In this document: one piece after another, positions 16,983-26,103 of the stretch | Layout: each line of letters opens with the position of its first letter | Numbering within the stretch: the stretch's first letter is position 1 | NCBI GenBank assembly: GCA_044229975.1 | Contig: JBGARZ010000001.1 | Span: 544,001-608,000, forward strand | Length of the DNA stretch: 64,000 nucleotides | From: Polyangiales bacterium | GTDB taxonomy: Bacteria; Myxococcota_A; Polyangia; Polyangiales; Ga0077539 | Reading direction: 5' to 3' | Position numbers and translations under genes: made by a program | Notes under the pieces: model-generated | The model's input: the letters and a program-made list of their open reading frames with translations, nothing else | Told to the model about the DNA's origin: nothing | The model's database searches: none

Positions 16983-17609
16983 TTACCTTCCAGCCTCGGA
17001 CGCCTTCATCGCGCCCTCGGCCTTCGCGCCGCCGCCCGTCTCCGGTGGTCGAGGCGCCCTGGGGCCCTTCCCCGGCTTCGCCGGCTTGGGGGCCTTGATC
17101 TCCAACAACCGAGCGCGGGACACCTGTCGGCGAGGGATCGCTACCTCGGTACCACCGACGGACACCCGCACGACATATCCCTGATCAGCGTCGGCGGTGC
17201 CGACGATGGGGCCCTCGAAGGACGTGCGCCCGTCGAGCGGACCGCGCGTCCGGATCTTCACCAGCAGACCCACGAAGCGGTCGAAGTCCGCCCGCTTCTG
17301 CACCGGGCGCTCGAAGCCCGGCGAGCTCACCTCGAGGTCGTACGCCCCCTCGATGGTGTCGGCCTCGTCGAGCTTCGCCGAGACCTCCTTGCTCACGAGC
17401 GCGCAGAGATCCGCCGTCATCCGAGGTTGAGCCTCCGTCGGCAGCGTCCGGGGGTCGCTCCCCGGAAGGTCGACGTAGAGGCGCAGCACACCGCGGCCTG
17501 GACCCTGGAGCCATTCCAGGGCCACGAGCTCCGTGCCGTGAAGTTCGGCAAGGGGTTCGATCTCTCCGCGGAGCTGTTCAACATCGACGCGCACGCACTC
17601 TCCGTTCAC
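16983..17609 (-). CDS. rimP: ribosome maturation factor RimP
   Basis: VLRLYVD, DLCALVSKEVSAKLD, YDLEVSSPGFERP; first gene of the nusA operon; start codon uncertain. Confidence 0.93.
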   Translation of the reverse strand: MNGECVRVDVEQLRGEIEPLAELHGTELVALEWLQGPGRGVLRLYVDLPGSDPRTLPTEAQPRMTADLCALVSKEVSAKLDEADTIEGAYDLEVSSPGFERPVQKRADFDRFVGLLVKIRTRGPLDGRTSFEGPIVGTADADQGYVVRVSVGGTEVAIPRRQVSRARLLEIKAPKPAKPGKGPRAPRPPETGGGAKAEGAMKASEAGR

Positions 17610-17869
17610 CCGCTCCGGGGCCCGAACGGTCGCGCGACCAGCGCCGTCTGCTGACGGATCTCGTCGCCCGCCCCACCTCTGTCACCCGGCGCCTCTCCCG
17701 CAGTGAGGGAGGAGGTTGAGGGGTTTCAGGAGCGGAGCATCGGCGAGGTTAGTGATCCGAGAGAGTCGGACTCACCAGCCTGAGTCACGGGATGAGCGTG
17801 AAACAGCACCGATGGTCCTGCGGGGGGGCACCCGGATGGGAGAAAGAAACATCCCCGAGGACGGCGCGC

Positions 17870-17898
17870 TAACTATCACTCTCCAACAAAGAGAGCAA
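17870..17898 (-). promoter_or_regulatory. candidate sigma70 promoter for the rimP-nusA operon
   Basis: Minus strand TTGCTC-N17-TAGTTA with TGn before the -10, in a locally AT-richer patch; -10 is imperfect. Confidence 0.3.
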
Positions 17899-17919
17899 GC
17901 ACGCCGTCGAGCAGAAGCT

Positions 17920-19464
17920 CTATGGGGTCGCCGGGGCGGCAGCCGCCGGAGCGGAGGCGGGAGCAGCGGCGTCACCGTCGGCCACGATGCGGAACTCCAC
18001 GCGCCGGTTGGCGGCGCGGGCGCGCGCGGTGGTGCCCGGGGTGACGGGCCGCGTCTCGCCGAAGCCGGTGGAGACGAGGCGGTCGGCGGCGATGCCGTGG
18101 CCCGTGAGCCAGGTGACGACGCTCGCGGCGCGGCGGCGCGAGAGGTCGAGGTTGGCGGCCTCTTCACCCACGTCGTCGGTGTGACCTTCGACGGAGACGT
18201 GACGAATCTCCGGCGTCGCGGTGAGCGCGTCGGCGACGGCAGTGAGCACCGGGAAGCTGGTGGCCAGCACCACGTCGCGGTTGGGCGCGAAGAACACCGG
18301 GCGGTTGATGCGAATCTGCCCGCCGCCCACCTGCACGAGGCCGGGGCAGCCGTTGCGGTTGGGGTCGGCGCTGGGCGCGCCGGGACGGTCGGGGCAGTGG
18401 TCGGTGGCGTCGGGCACGGTGTCGCCGTCGCGGTCGGGCGCCGGGCAGCCCGCGCGGGCCGGGTCGGCGTGCAGGCCCGTGGGCTCGGTCGGGCACTGGT
18501 CGGCGTGGTCGAGCACGCCGTCGCGGTCGCCGTCGCCATCGGGGCAGCCCGCGCGATCGGGGTTGGGGTGCTCGCCCGCGGGCACGTCGACGCAGAGGTC
18601 TTGCGGGTCGAGCACGCCGTCGTGGTCGGTGTCGGGGATGGGGCAGCCGCGGCGGGCCTCGTCGGGGTGGGCGCCCTGGGGGACGCTCACACACTGGTCG
18701 TCGGGGTCGAAGACGCCGTCGTCGTCGGTGTCGGCCGCGGGGCAGCCGCGACGCGCGGGGTCGGGGTGCTCGCCCGCGGGGACGTCGGCGCAGAGGTCGT
18801 CGGCGTCGAGCACGCCGTCGTGGTCGCGGTCGGGCGGCGGCGGCGCGACGCGCGGCGGGTCGGACACGCCGCGGAAGGCCAGGGTGAGGCCCGCGTGCCA
18901 GTACGAGGAGTCGGGCGAGTCGTGGTTGAGGGAGAGGTTGGGCTGCGCGACGCCGATGCCCGACGCCGAGGGGCGAGCGTCGAAGATGTAGCCGAAGCGA
19001 CCGTAGGGGCCGAAGGAGACACCCTGGGTCACCTGGAACTCGAAGCCGAGGCCCGCGTCGAGCCCGGGCGAGGTGACGGTGCCGGGGAGCGAGGCGCCTG
19101 CGTTGCCGTCGATCCAGAGGCGGCCGACGGAGCCGAGCATGGGCTCGAAGCGCAGACCGGCGTTGACGTTGATGAGGCCGAAGTCGCCGCCGAGATCGGA
19201 CGAGCGGAGGAAGCGCCCGAAGGCGCCACCGAGCTGGATGGCGAGCGGCGTCGAGAACAGGTTGATCGCGATGCGCGCCGTGCCGACGACCAGCGCCGTG
19301 TCGGTGTTGACGTCGTCGTGGTTGAAGTCGCGGATGGTGGTGCCGCCGCCCGCTTCGAGCCGGAAGGTCCACGGTTGTAGCGTCTGGGCCGCGGCGGTGG
19401 AGGGGAGCGCTGACAGCGCGAGGCTGGCAAGCGCGGCGCACGAGAGCAGGGCGGGGCGTCGCAT
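17920..19464 (-). CDS. OmpA-family outer-membrane protein: signal peptide, small beta-barrel, five TSP3-like Ca-binding repeats, C-terminal OmpA peptidoglycan-binding domain
   Basis: AAAQ signal cleavage site; 33-aa DxDxDGVxDxxDxC...GCP repeats; VEGHTD, NLDLSRRRAASV, GFGETRP, NRRVEF. Confidence 0.92.
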   Translation of the reverse strand: MRRPALLSCAALASLALSALPSTAAAQTLQPWTFRLEAGGGTTIRDFNHDDVNTDTALVVGTARIAINLFSTPLAIQLGGAFGRFLRSSDLGGDFGLINVNAGLRFEPMLGSVGRLWIDGNAGASLPGTVTSPGLDAGLGFEFQVTQGVSFGPYGRFGYIFDARPSASGIGVAQPNLSLNHDSPDSSYWHAGLTLAFRGVSDPPRVAPPPPDRDHDGVLDADDLCADVPAGEHPDPARRGCPAADTDDDGVFDPDDQCVSVPQGAHPDEARRGCPIPDTDHDGVLDPQDLCVDVPAGEHPNPDRAGCPDGDGDRDGVLDHADQCPTEPTGLHADPARAGCPAPDRDGDTVPDATDHCPDRPGAPSADPNRNGCPGLVQVGGGQIRINRPVFFAPNRDVVLATSFPVLTAVADALTATPEIRHVSVEGHTDDVGEEAANLDLSRRRAASVVTWLTGHGIAADRLVSTGFGETRPVTPGTTARARAANRRVEFRIVADGDAAAPASAPAAAAPATP

Positions 19465-19547
19465 GGTGGGGCGCGTGGGTACCACCCTTCGCGCGACGGC
19501 GGAAGGGTCGGTCGCGGACTCCCACCGTAGGAAAACCTCAGCGCGCG

Positions 19548-19574
19548 GGAACCACCGCGATACTTCGTCCCGTC
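19548..19574 (+). promoter_or_regulatory. candidate ECF-type autoregulatory promoter
   Basis: GGAAC-N18-CGTC ending 12 nt before the ECF sigma ATG at 19587; spacer slightly longer than typical. Confidence 0.3.
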
Positions 19575-19586
19575 CATGGTCCCGAC

Positions 19587-20279
19587 ATGAGCGACGACGT
19601 CGAGGAGGGGGAGGGCCACCTCCCAGAGGACACCCCGTGGCCAGACGCGCGTGCTTGCGTCGACCCGCCAGCAGGAGCATCACCGACGCCGCAGTCGATG
19701 AGCACGGAGCGGTCAGCGCGCGATCACGCCGCCTTTGAAGAGCGTGTGCGCCCCCACATGAGCCGGGTGTACCGCTACTGCGTCGGCCTCTCGGGTGACC
19801 GCGACGCGGCCGCCGACGTCTTCCAGGAGACCCTGGTGTCCGCGTGGAGGCACTTCGACTCGTACGAGGGTCGGGCCGACCTCGGGGCGTGGCTGTGCGG
19901 CATCGCGCGCAACCAGTTTCTCGACGCGCGGCGCACGGAGGTCCGCCGACGCGGCATCTTCGGGCGCGTGGTCGACGCCTGGCAGAGCTTCCTCGGGGTC
20001 GACGACCACGACGAGCTCGCGGGCCCGCTGCGGGTCGTCATCGAACACGAGGAGATCGACACCCTGCTCGCGTGCCTCCAGGAGCTGTCCGAGGAGTTTC
20101 GCTCCGCCGTGCTGCTCTGCGACGTCGAGGGCCTCTCCTACGAGGCCGCCGCCACCGCCCTCGGCGTCCCCGTCGGCACCGTGAAGAGCCGCCAGGCGCG
20201 CGGCCGCACCAAGCTCCGCGCGGCCCTCGAAGCCCGCAACGAATCCCCCAAGGTCCACTCGACGAAGGTGACGCAATGA
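19587..20279 (+). CDS. ECF-type RNA polymerase sigma factor
   Basis: AADVFQET..AWR..FDSY..AWLCGIARN (region 2); LSEEFRSAVLL..EGLSYEAAATALGVPVGTVKSR (region 4). Confidence 0.93.
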   Translation: MSDDVEEGEGHLPEDTPWPDARACVDPPAGASPTPQSMSTERSARDHAAFEERVRPHMSRVYRYCVGLSGDRDAAADVFQETLVSAWRHFDSYEGRADLGAWLCGIARNQFLDARRTEVRRRGIFGRVVDAWQSFLGVDDHDELAGPLRVVIEHEEIDTLLACLQELSEEFRSAVLLCDVEGLSYEAAATALGVPVGTVKSRQARGRTKLRAALEARNESPKVHSTKVTQ

Positions 20280-20878
20280 GTACACGAGACGACCGACCGG
20301 GGGCCGATCTCCTCGACAGCTCCCTCCAGGCGCTGCGCTCCGTCGAGGTGCCCGAGGCCCTCGTCCGAAGGGCCTTCGCCAACCTCGACGCCCCCAAGCG
20401 ACCGCGGCCCCCGGTGCGGCGCGCGGCGTGGTTCACCGCGATGCTCTACCTCGCCCCGGTCGCGGCCACCGCCACCGGCGCGGCGCTCCTGCTCGCCCGC
20501 CCCGTCGCCCCCATCGCCTCGGCGACGAGGGAGTTCACCCACGCCCGCGAGATCGCCCTCGAGCTGCCGCACCTCGGCGACGCCGTGGCCGAGCTCGCGC
20601 TCACCACCCACCACCACACCGACGACGCCCACGTGCGCGTGGAGGTGCCCGAAGGCATCGCGCTGCACCTCGACGCCGACACCCGACCGTCCGCCTGCGC
20701 CCAGCAGAGCTGTGTCCACCACTGGCGCACGGGGGCTCCGCCGCATCGCAACCCGCTCCAGGTGGTGGTGTCCGAACCCGGCCGCTACGTCATCCACGTC
20801 ACGCACGTCTCGCCCACGGCGCGCGTCCACGAGCGCTTCATCGTGCTCGCGCGCCGCCGCGTCGTCCCCGCCGCCTGA
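20276..20878 (+). CDS. putative anti-sigma factor: short N-terminal domain, one hydrophobic segment, His-rich C-terminal domain
   Basis: ATGA overlap with the ECF sigma stop; hydrophobic AWFTAMLYLAPVAATATGAALLLA; 13 His and a CxxxxC in the C-terminal ~110 aa. Confidence 0.65.
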   Translation: MSTRDDRPGADLLDSSLQALRSVEVPEALVRRAFANLDAPKRPRPPVRRAAWFTAMLYLAPVAATATGAALLLARPVAPIASATREFTHAREIALELPHLGDAVAELALTTHHHTDDAHVRVEVPEGIALHLDADTRPSACAQQSCVHHWRTGAPPHRNPLQVVVSEPGRYVIHVTHVSPTARVHERFIVLARRRVVPAA

Positions 20879-20904
20879 CCCGCCTCAGGGTACGGGACGC
20901 TGCG

Positions 20905-22284
<1,380 letters not shown>

Positions 22285-22335
22285 TCTACACGGCTCGCCG
22301 AACGCTTTGTTCGTGATGGGCTATGGTCGCGACGG

Positions 22336-22791
22336 ATGTCCACCAACCCCGAAGCAAACCACCCGCGCAGCACCGTCCACATCCGCGTCAACTATGCCGA
22401 CGTCGACCGCATGGGGCTGCTCCACCACAGCGTCTACCTGAAGTACCTGGAGCGCTCGCGGGAGGAGTTCATCCGGCGGCGGGGTGGGGCCTACGCGGCG
22501 CTCGAAGACGCGGGTGTGCTCATCGTCGTGGTCGAGGCCGCGCTCCGGTATCGGCGACCGGCGCGCTTCGACGACGTGCTGGCCGTGACGCTGGAGCTCA
22601 CCGACATCGGGGCCGCGTCCATCCGCATCGGGTACGAGCTGCGGAAGGTCGGAGAGGACGAGCTCGTGGCGACGGCGACCACGAAGCACGCGCTCATGAA
22701 CCGCGAGGGCAAGCTGTTGCGGGTGACGCCGGAGGTGCGCGCGATGCTGACGGGGGACGAGGTGGTGTCCCGCGACGGGGAGATCGGGTAG
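22336..22791 (+). CDS. acyl-CoA thioesterase, YbgC/FadM hot-dog family
   Basis: RVNYADVDRMGLLHHSVYLKYLERSR and YRRPARFDD motifs. Confidence 0.88.
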   Translation: MSTNPEANHPRSTVHIRVNYADVDRMGLLHHSVYLKYLERSREEFIRRRGGAYAALEDAGVLIVVVEAALRYRRPARFDDVLAVTLELTDIGAASIRIGYELRKVGEDELVATATTKHALMNREGKLLRVTPEVRAMLTGDEVVSRDGEIG

Positions 22792-22864
22792 GCGGGCGTC
22801 GACCGTCTGCCGTTGCATTCCCTTCGGCGACCGCTCTACCTTGCGCGCTCCACCGGAGGATCTG

Positions 22865-24625
22865 ATGCGCACCTCGCGACTCGCCACCCGTCTCACCCTC
22901 GTCGCCACCCTGTGCCTGGGGGGTGCTTCCCTCCTCGGCTGCGAGAACGAAAACGAGCCCGCCACCTGGGTCGGCAAGCTCGGCGACACCAGCAAGCGCC
23001 CGGCGGCCATGCGTCGCCTGCGGCAGATGTTCGAGTCGAAGCTCGCCACCACCACGCCGCCCAACAACCTGCGCGACCCGGCCGTCGTCGCCTTCCTCAA
23101 CACCGTCATCCCGCCGGTCAACGACGCCTTCGTCGGGCACCGCGACGAGATCGCCGTCCGCAAGGAGGCCATCGAGATCCTGGCGGCCAGCAACGACGCG
23201 CGCGCCATCCCGGCCCTGCTCAACGCGCTGGAGTTCAGCCCCGGCAACAGCGAGAGCGAGCAGATCGCCCTGCGCGCCGCCCAGGCCCTCAAGCTGATGA
23301 GCCCCACGGGCAACGCCCAGGTGGCCCAGCGGCTCCTCGCCACCATCGACCGCGCCTCGGGCAACTCGGGCGCCGCCCCGGCCATCCGCGAGTCGGTCAT
23401 CCAGGCGCTCGGCGCCATGCACGAGCCCACCGCCGTCGACGTGCTCGTGCGCACCCTCCAGAAGCCCATCGCCGAGCAGGAGATTCGCACCGCGCGCGCC
23501 GCCGCCGACGCCCTCGGGGAGATCGGCCGAGCCGTGCCCACGGCCGCCACGCAGCCCGTGGTCGACGCCCTCATCTACGGCCTCTACCTCAACGTCCGCC
23601 GCGCCAACGCCTTCAACAACTGCGCGCGCGCCCTCACCCGCCTCGGCGCCGCCGCCTCGGTGCCGCGCCTCATCGCCACCATCGACAACCAGAACCCCCT
23701 GGTCTCCACCCTCATCACGTCGTTTGCGTCGGTCCCGAACATGCCGCAGGTGCCGCCGGGGTTGCAGCAGTCGACGGCCATCGACGTGCTCCGCAACTTC
23801 GCCGACCGCTCGGCGGTCCCCTCGCTCATCACCCTGCTCCGCAACCGCGAGACCGTCGCCAACGTGCGCGGCGCCGCGGCCGAGACCCTCGGGTACACGG
23901 GCCTCGCGCTCCCGGCCGACGCCCCGGAGCGCGCGCAGATCTTCGAGGCGCTCTCCACCACCTTCAACGAGGGCACGCCCGGCGGCGAGGACGACATGGC
24001 CCCCACCGTCGCCCCGGCGCTGGTGCTCCTGGGCGACACCCGCACCGTCCCCCTCATGGTGCGGCGCCTCAGCACCCCGCAGATGAGCGCGCGCGACGCC
24101 GTGCCCTACCGCCTCGGGCTGCTCATGCCGCTCGCCAGCGCGGTGCGCCACGACACCTTCGCGCAGTTCGACCAGCTCGCCACGCGCGCCCAGGCCGACC
24201 TCGACGCCCTCCTCGCCGCCAACCCCGACGCGAGCGACGAGATCCGCCCGGTGGTGACGCAGCTCGCCACCATCCGGCAGGTGGCCTCGGTCGCCCACGA
24301 CTGCAACGACGGCGACCTCGCCTGCTACCGCGAGCGCCTCACCAACCCCGAGAAAAACGTCGTCCGCAAGGCCGCCTACATGATCGCGTGGACCCTCAGC
24401 GAAAACCCCGCCGCGCGCCAGGCGCTGCTCGCCCAGGCCAACAACCCCGACCCCCTCGTGCGCCGCTCCATCCACGTGGCGCTCGACGCGCTCTCGCCCC
24501 ACGGCTGCACCGAGTGCTCCACCCGTCTGGAGCAGATCATCACCGAAGAGCGCGGCCAGGAGAGCAAGTCGCTCATGCACCTCGAAGCGCAGATGCTCAT
24601 CGCGCGCCTCGCCAACCGCCACTGA
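22865..24625 (+). CDS. HEAT-repeat lipoprotein
   Basis: GGAGGA RBS; lipobox SLLGC; repeats such as VRKEAIEIL..AIPAL, IRESVIQALG..AVDVL, VRGAAAETLG, VRKAAY. Confidence 0.85.
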   Translation: MRTSRLATRLTLVATLCLGGASLLGCENENEPATWVGKLGDTSKRPAAMRRLRQMFESKLATTTPPNNLRDPAVVAFLNTVIPPVNDAFVGHRDEIAVRKEAIEILAASNDARAIPALLNALEFSPGNSESEQIALRAAQALKLMSPTGNAQVAQRLLATIDRASGNSGAAPAIRESVIQALGAMHEPTAVDVLVRTLQKPIAEQEIRTARAAADALGEIGRAVPTAATQPVVDALIYGLYLNVRRANAFNNCARALTRLGAAASVPRLIATIDNQNPLVSTLITSFASVPNMPQVPPGLQQSTAIDVLRNFADRSAVPSLITLLRNRETVANVRGAAAETLGYTGLALPADAPERAQIFEALSTTFNEGTPGGEDDMAPTVAPALVLLGDTRTVPLMVRRLSTPQMSARDAVPYRLGLLMPLASAVRHDTFAQFDQLATRAQADLDALLAANPDASDEIRPVVTQLATIRQVASVAHDCNDGDLACYRERLTNPEKNVVRKAAYMIAWTLSENPAARQALLAQANNPDPLVRRSIHVALDALSPHGCTECSTRLEQIITEERGQESKSLMHLEAQMLIARLANRH

Positions 24626-24677
24626 GGTTGCGCCGGGCCGTCGGGGCGTCGTAGGCACCCTGACCGACGGCCCTCTG

Positions 24678-25694
24678 ATGCAACCATCCCTCACCGACCC
24701 GGCCACGCTCGTCCGACGCTGGCGCCTCCCCGCATCCTCGCTCCCCGACGTCACCGCGGCCTCGGAGCGCTTCGCCCTCAAGGTCACCGAGCACCTCGCC
24801 CGTCGACTCGAATCACTCGGGCCCGAGCACCCGCTGGTGCGTCAGTTTCTCCCGTCGGCCGATGAGCTCGTCGAGCGCGAGGGCTTCGTCAGCGACCCGG
24901 TGGGCGACGCCCATGTGCAGCGCTCCCCGGGGCTGCTCCAGAAGTACCAGGGCCGCGCCCTCGTCGTGGCGACCGCCGCGTGCCCCGTGCACTGCCGCTA
25001 CTGCTTCCGCCGCGAGTACCCCTACGCCGACGGCAGCGCGGTCAACCACTGGCCCGGCGTGCTCGCCACCCTGCGCGGCGACACCTCCATCACCGAGGTC
25101 ATCCTGAGCGGCGGCGACCCGCTGTCGCTGTCCAACACCGTCCTCGCCCGCATGGTGGGCGACCTCGAATCCATCCCGAGCGTCACCCGGCTGCGCATCC
25201 ACACGCGCTTCCCCACGACGGGCCCGGCGCGCGTCGACGATGAGCTCTTGCGGCTGTTGGGGGGTACTCGCTTCGCGCCCGTCGTGGTGGTGCTGCACGT
25301 CAACCACGCCGACGAGCTCGACGACGAGGTGCGCGCCGCCGTGCGCCGACTGCGATCGACGGGCGCGGTGCTGCTCTGCCAGTCGGTGCTGCTCCGCGGC
25401 GTCAACGACTCGGCCGAGGCGCTCGCGGCGCTCAGCGAGGCGCTCGGCTCGATGGGGGTGGTGCCGTACTACCTGCACCTGCTCGATCGGGTGCGCGGCG
25501 CGGGGCACTTCGAGGTTCCGGAGGCGGAGGCCGTGGCGTTGGTGCGGGCGCTCACCGATCGGCTGCCGGGGTACCTCGTGCCGAAGCTGGTGCGCGAGGT
25601 GGCGGGGGAGCGCGCGAAGTCGGGTGTGCCACTGCATGGCGCGGCGGACGGGGAAGAAGCCGCAAGGGCGCAAGGGTCGCAAGGCGAACGGTAG
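24678..25694 (+). CDS. epmB: radical SAM lysine 2,3-aminomutase, EpmB/YjeK type
   Basis: PGLLQKYQGRAL, CPVHCRYCFRR, EVILSGGDPL, LRIHTR, QSVLLRGVND, PYYLHLLD, LPGYLVPKLVRE; 338 aa. Confidence 0.85.
   Translation: MQPSLTDPATLVRRWRLPASSLPDVTAASERFALKVTEHLARRLESLGPEHPLVRQFLPSADELVEREGFVSDPVGDAHVQRSPGLLQKYQGRALVVATAACPVHCRYCFRREYPYADGSAVNHWPGVLATLRGDTSITEVILSGGDPLSLSNTVLARMVGDLESIPSVTRLRIHTRFPTTGPARVDDELLRLLGGTRFAPVVVVLHVNHADELDDEVRAAVRRLRSTGAVLLCQSVLLRGVNDSAEALAALSEALGSMGVVPYYLHLLDRVRGAGHFEVPEAEAVALVRALTDRLPGYLVPKLVREVAGERAKSGVPLHGAADGEEAARAQGSQGER
25661..25684 (+). repeat. dispersed 24-bp repeat, copy 1 (cgcaagggcgcaagggtcgcaagg)
   Basis: Identical to 58359-58382. Confidence 0.85.
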
Positions 25695-25709
25695 AAGGGG
25701 CCCAGGGGC

Positions 25710-26051
25710 TTGGAAGCGGGAGAGTTCATCGCGGTCGACGTCGAGCCGGGTGCCGCCTCGGAGGAAGGCGTGTCCATGCGCTTCAAGCGGGCTGGCGAGT
25801 CGCGCCCGGTGGGCGCCATCACCTTCGAGTCCGAGGACGGCGTCGACGGGTGGTGGGCGGTGCGCGCGGTGTCGAGTGCCGATGGGGCCGAGACCGGGGA
25901 CGCCCGCGCGGTGCAGGTCGACGACTCCAGCGACGGGCTTTGCTGGCTCATCGTGGGAGGCGCCCACGGCCTCGTGCTCACCCACCGCGAGCGGGGCGTC
26001 GAGGAGCGGGCGCCCTACCTGCTGCTCTCGCTGCGTACGGCGATGGAGTAG
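25710..26051 (+). CDS. hypothetical acidic protein
   Basis: Fills the gap between epmB and the next gene, co-oriented; TTG start. Confidence 0.6.
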   Translation: MEAGEFIAVDVEPGAASEEGVSMRFKRAGESRPVGAITFESEDGVDGWWAVRAVSSADGAETGDARAVQVDDSSDGLCWLIVGGAHGLVLTHRERGVEERAPYLLLSLRTAME

Positions 26052-26103
26052 CGGGGAGAAATTCGTCCACCCGTGAGCGGGCGGAGGCGCTTAGAATCGC
26101 GGC

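Noticed and set aside
17610..17919. tRNA-Met (metY-like), SRP RNA or hammerhead ribozyme upstream of rimP
   Set aside because: No TpsiC GTTCRA arm, no SRP GGAA-loop consensus and no CUGAnGA core found on either strand
17920..19464. OmpA/TSP3 protein as TraB partnering the MYXO-CTERM protein
   Set aside because: traA and traB are normally adjacent, whereas these genes are about 42 kb apart; the barrel here is short, and OmpA/TSP3 paralogues are common in myxobacteria
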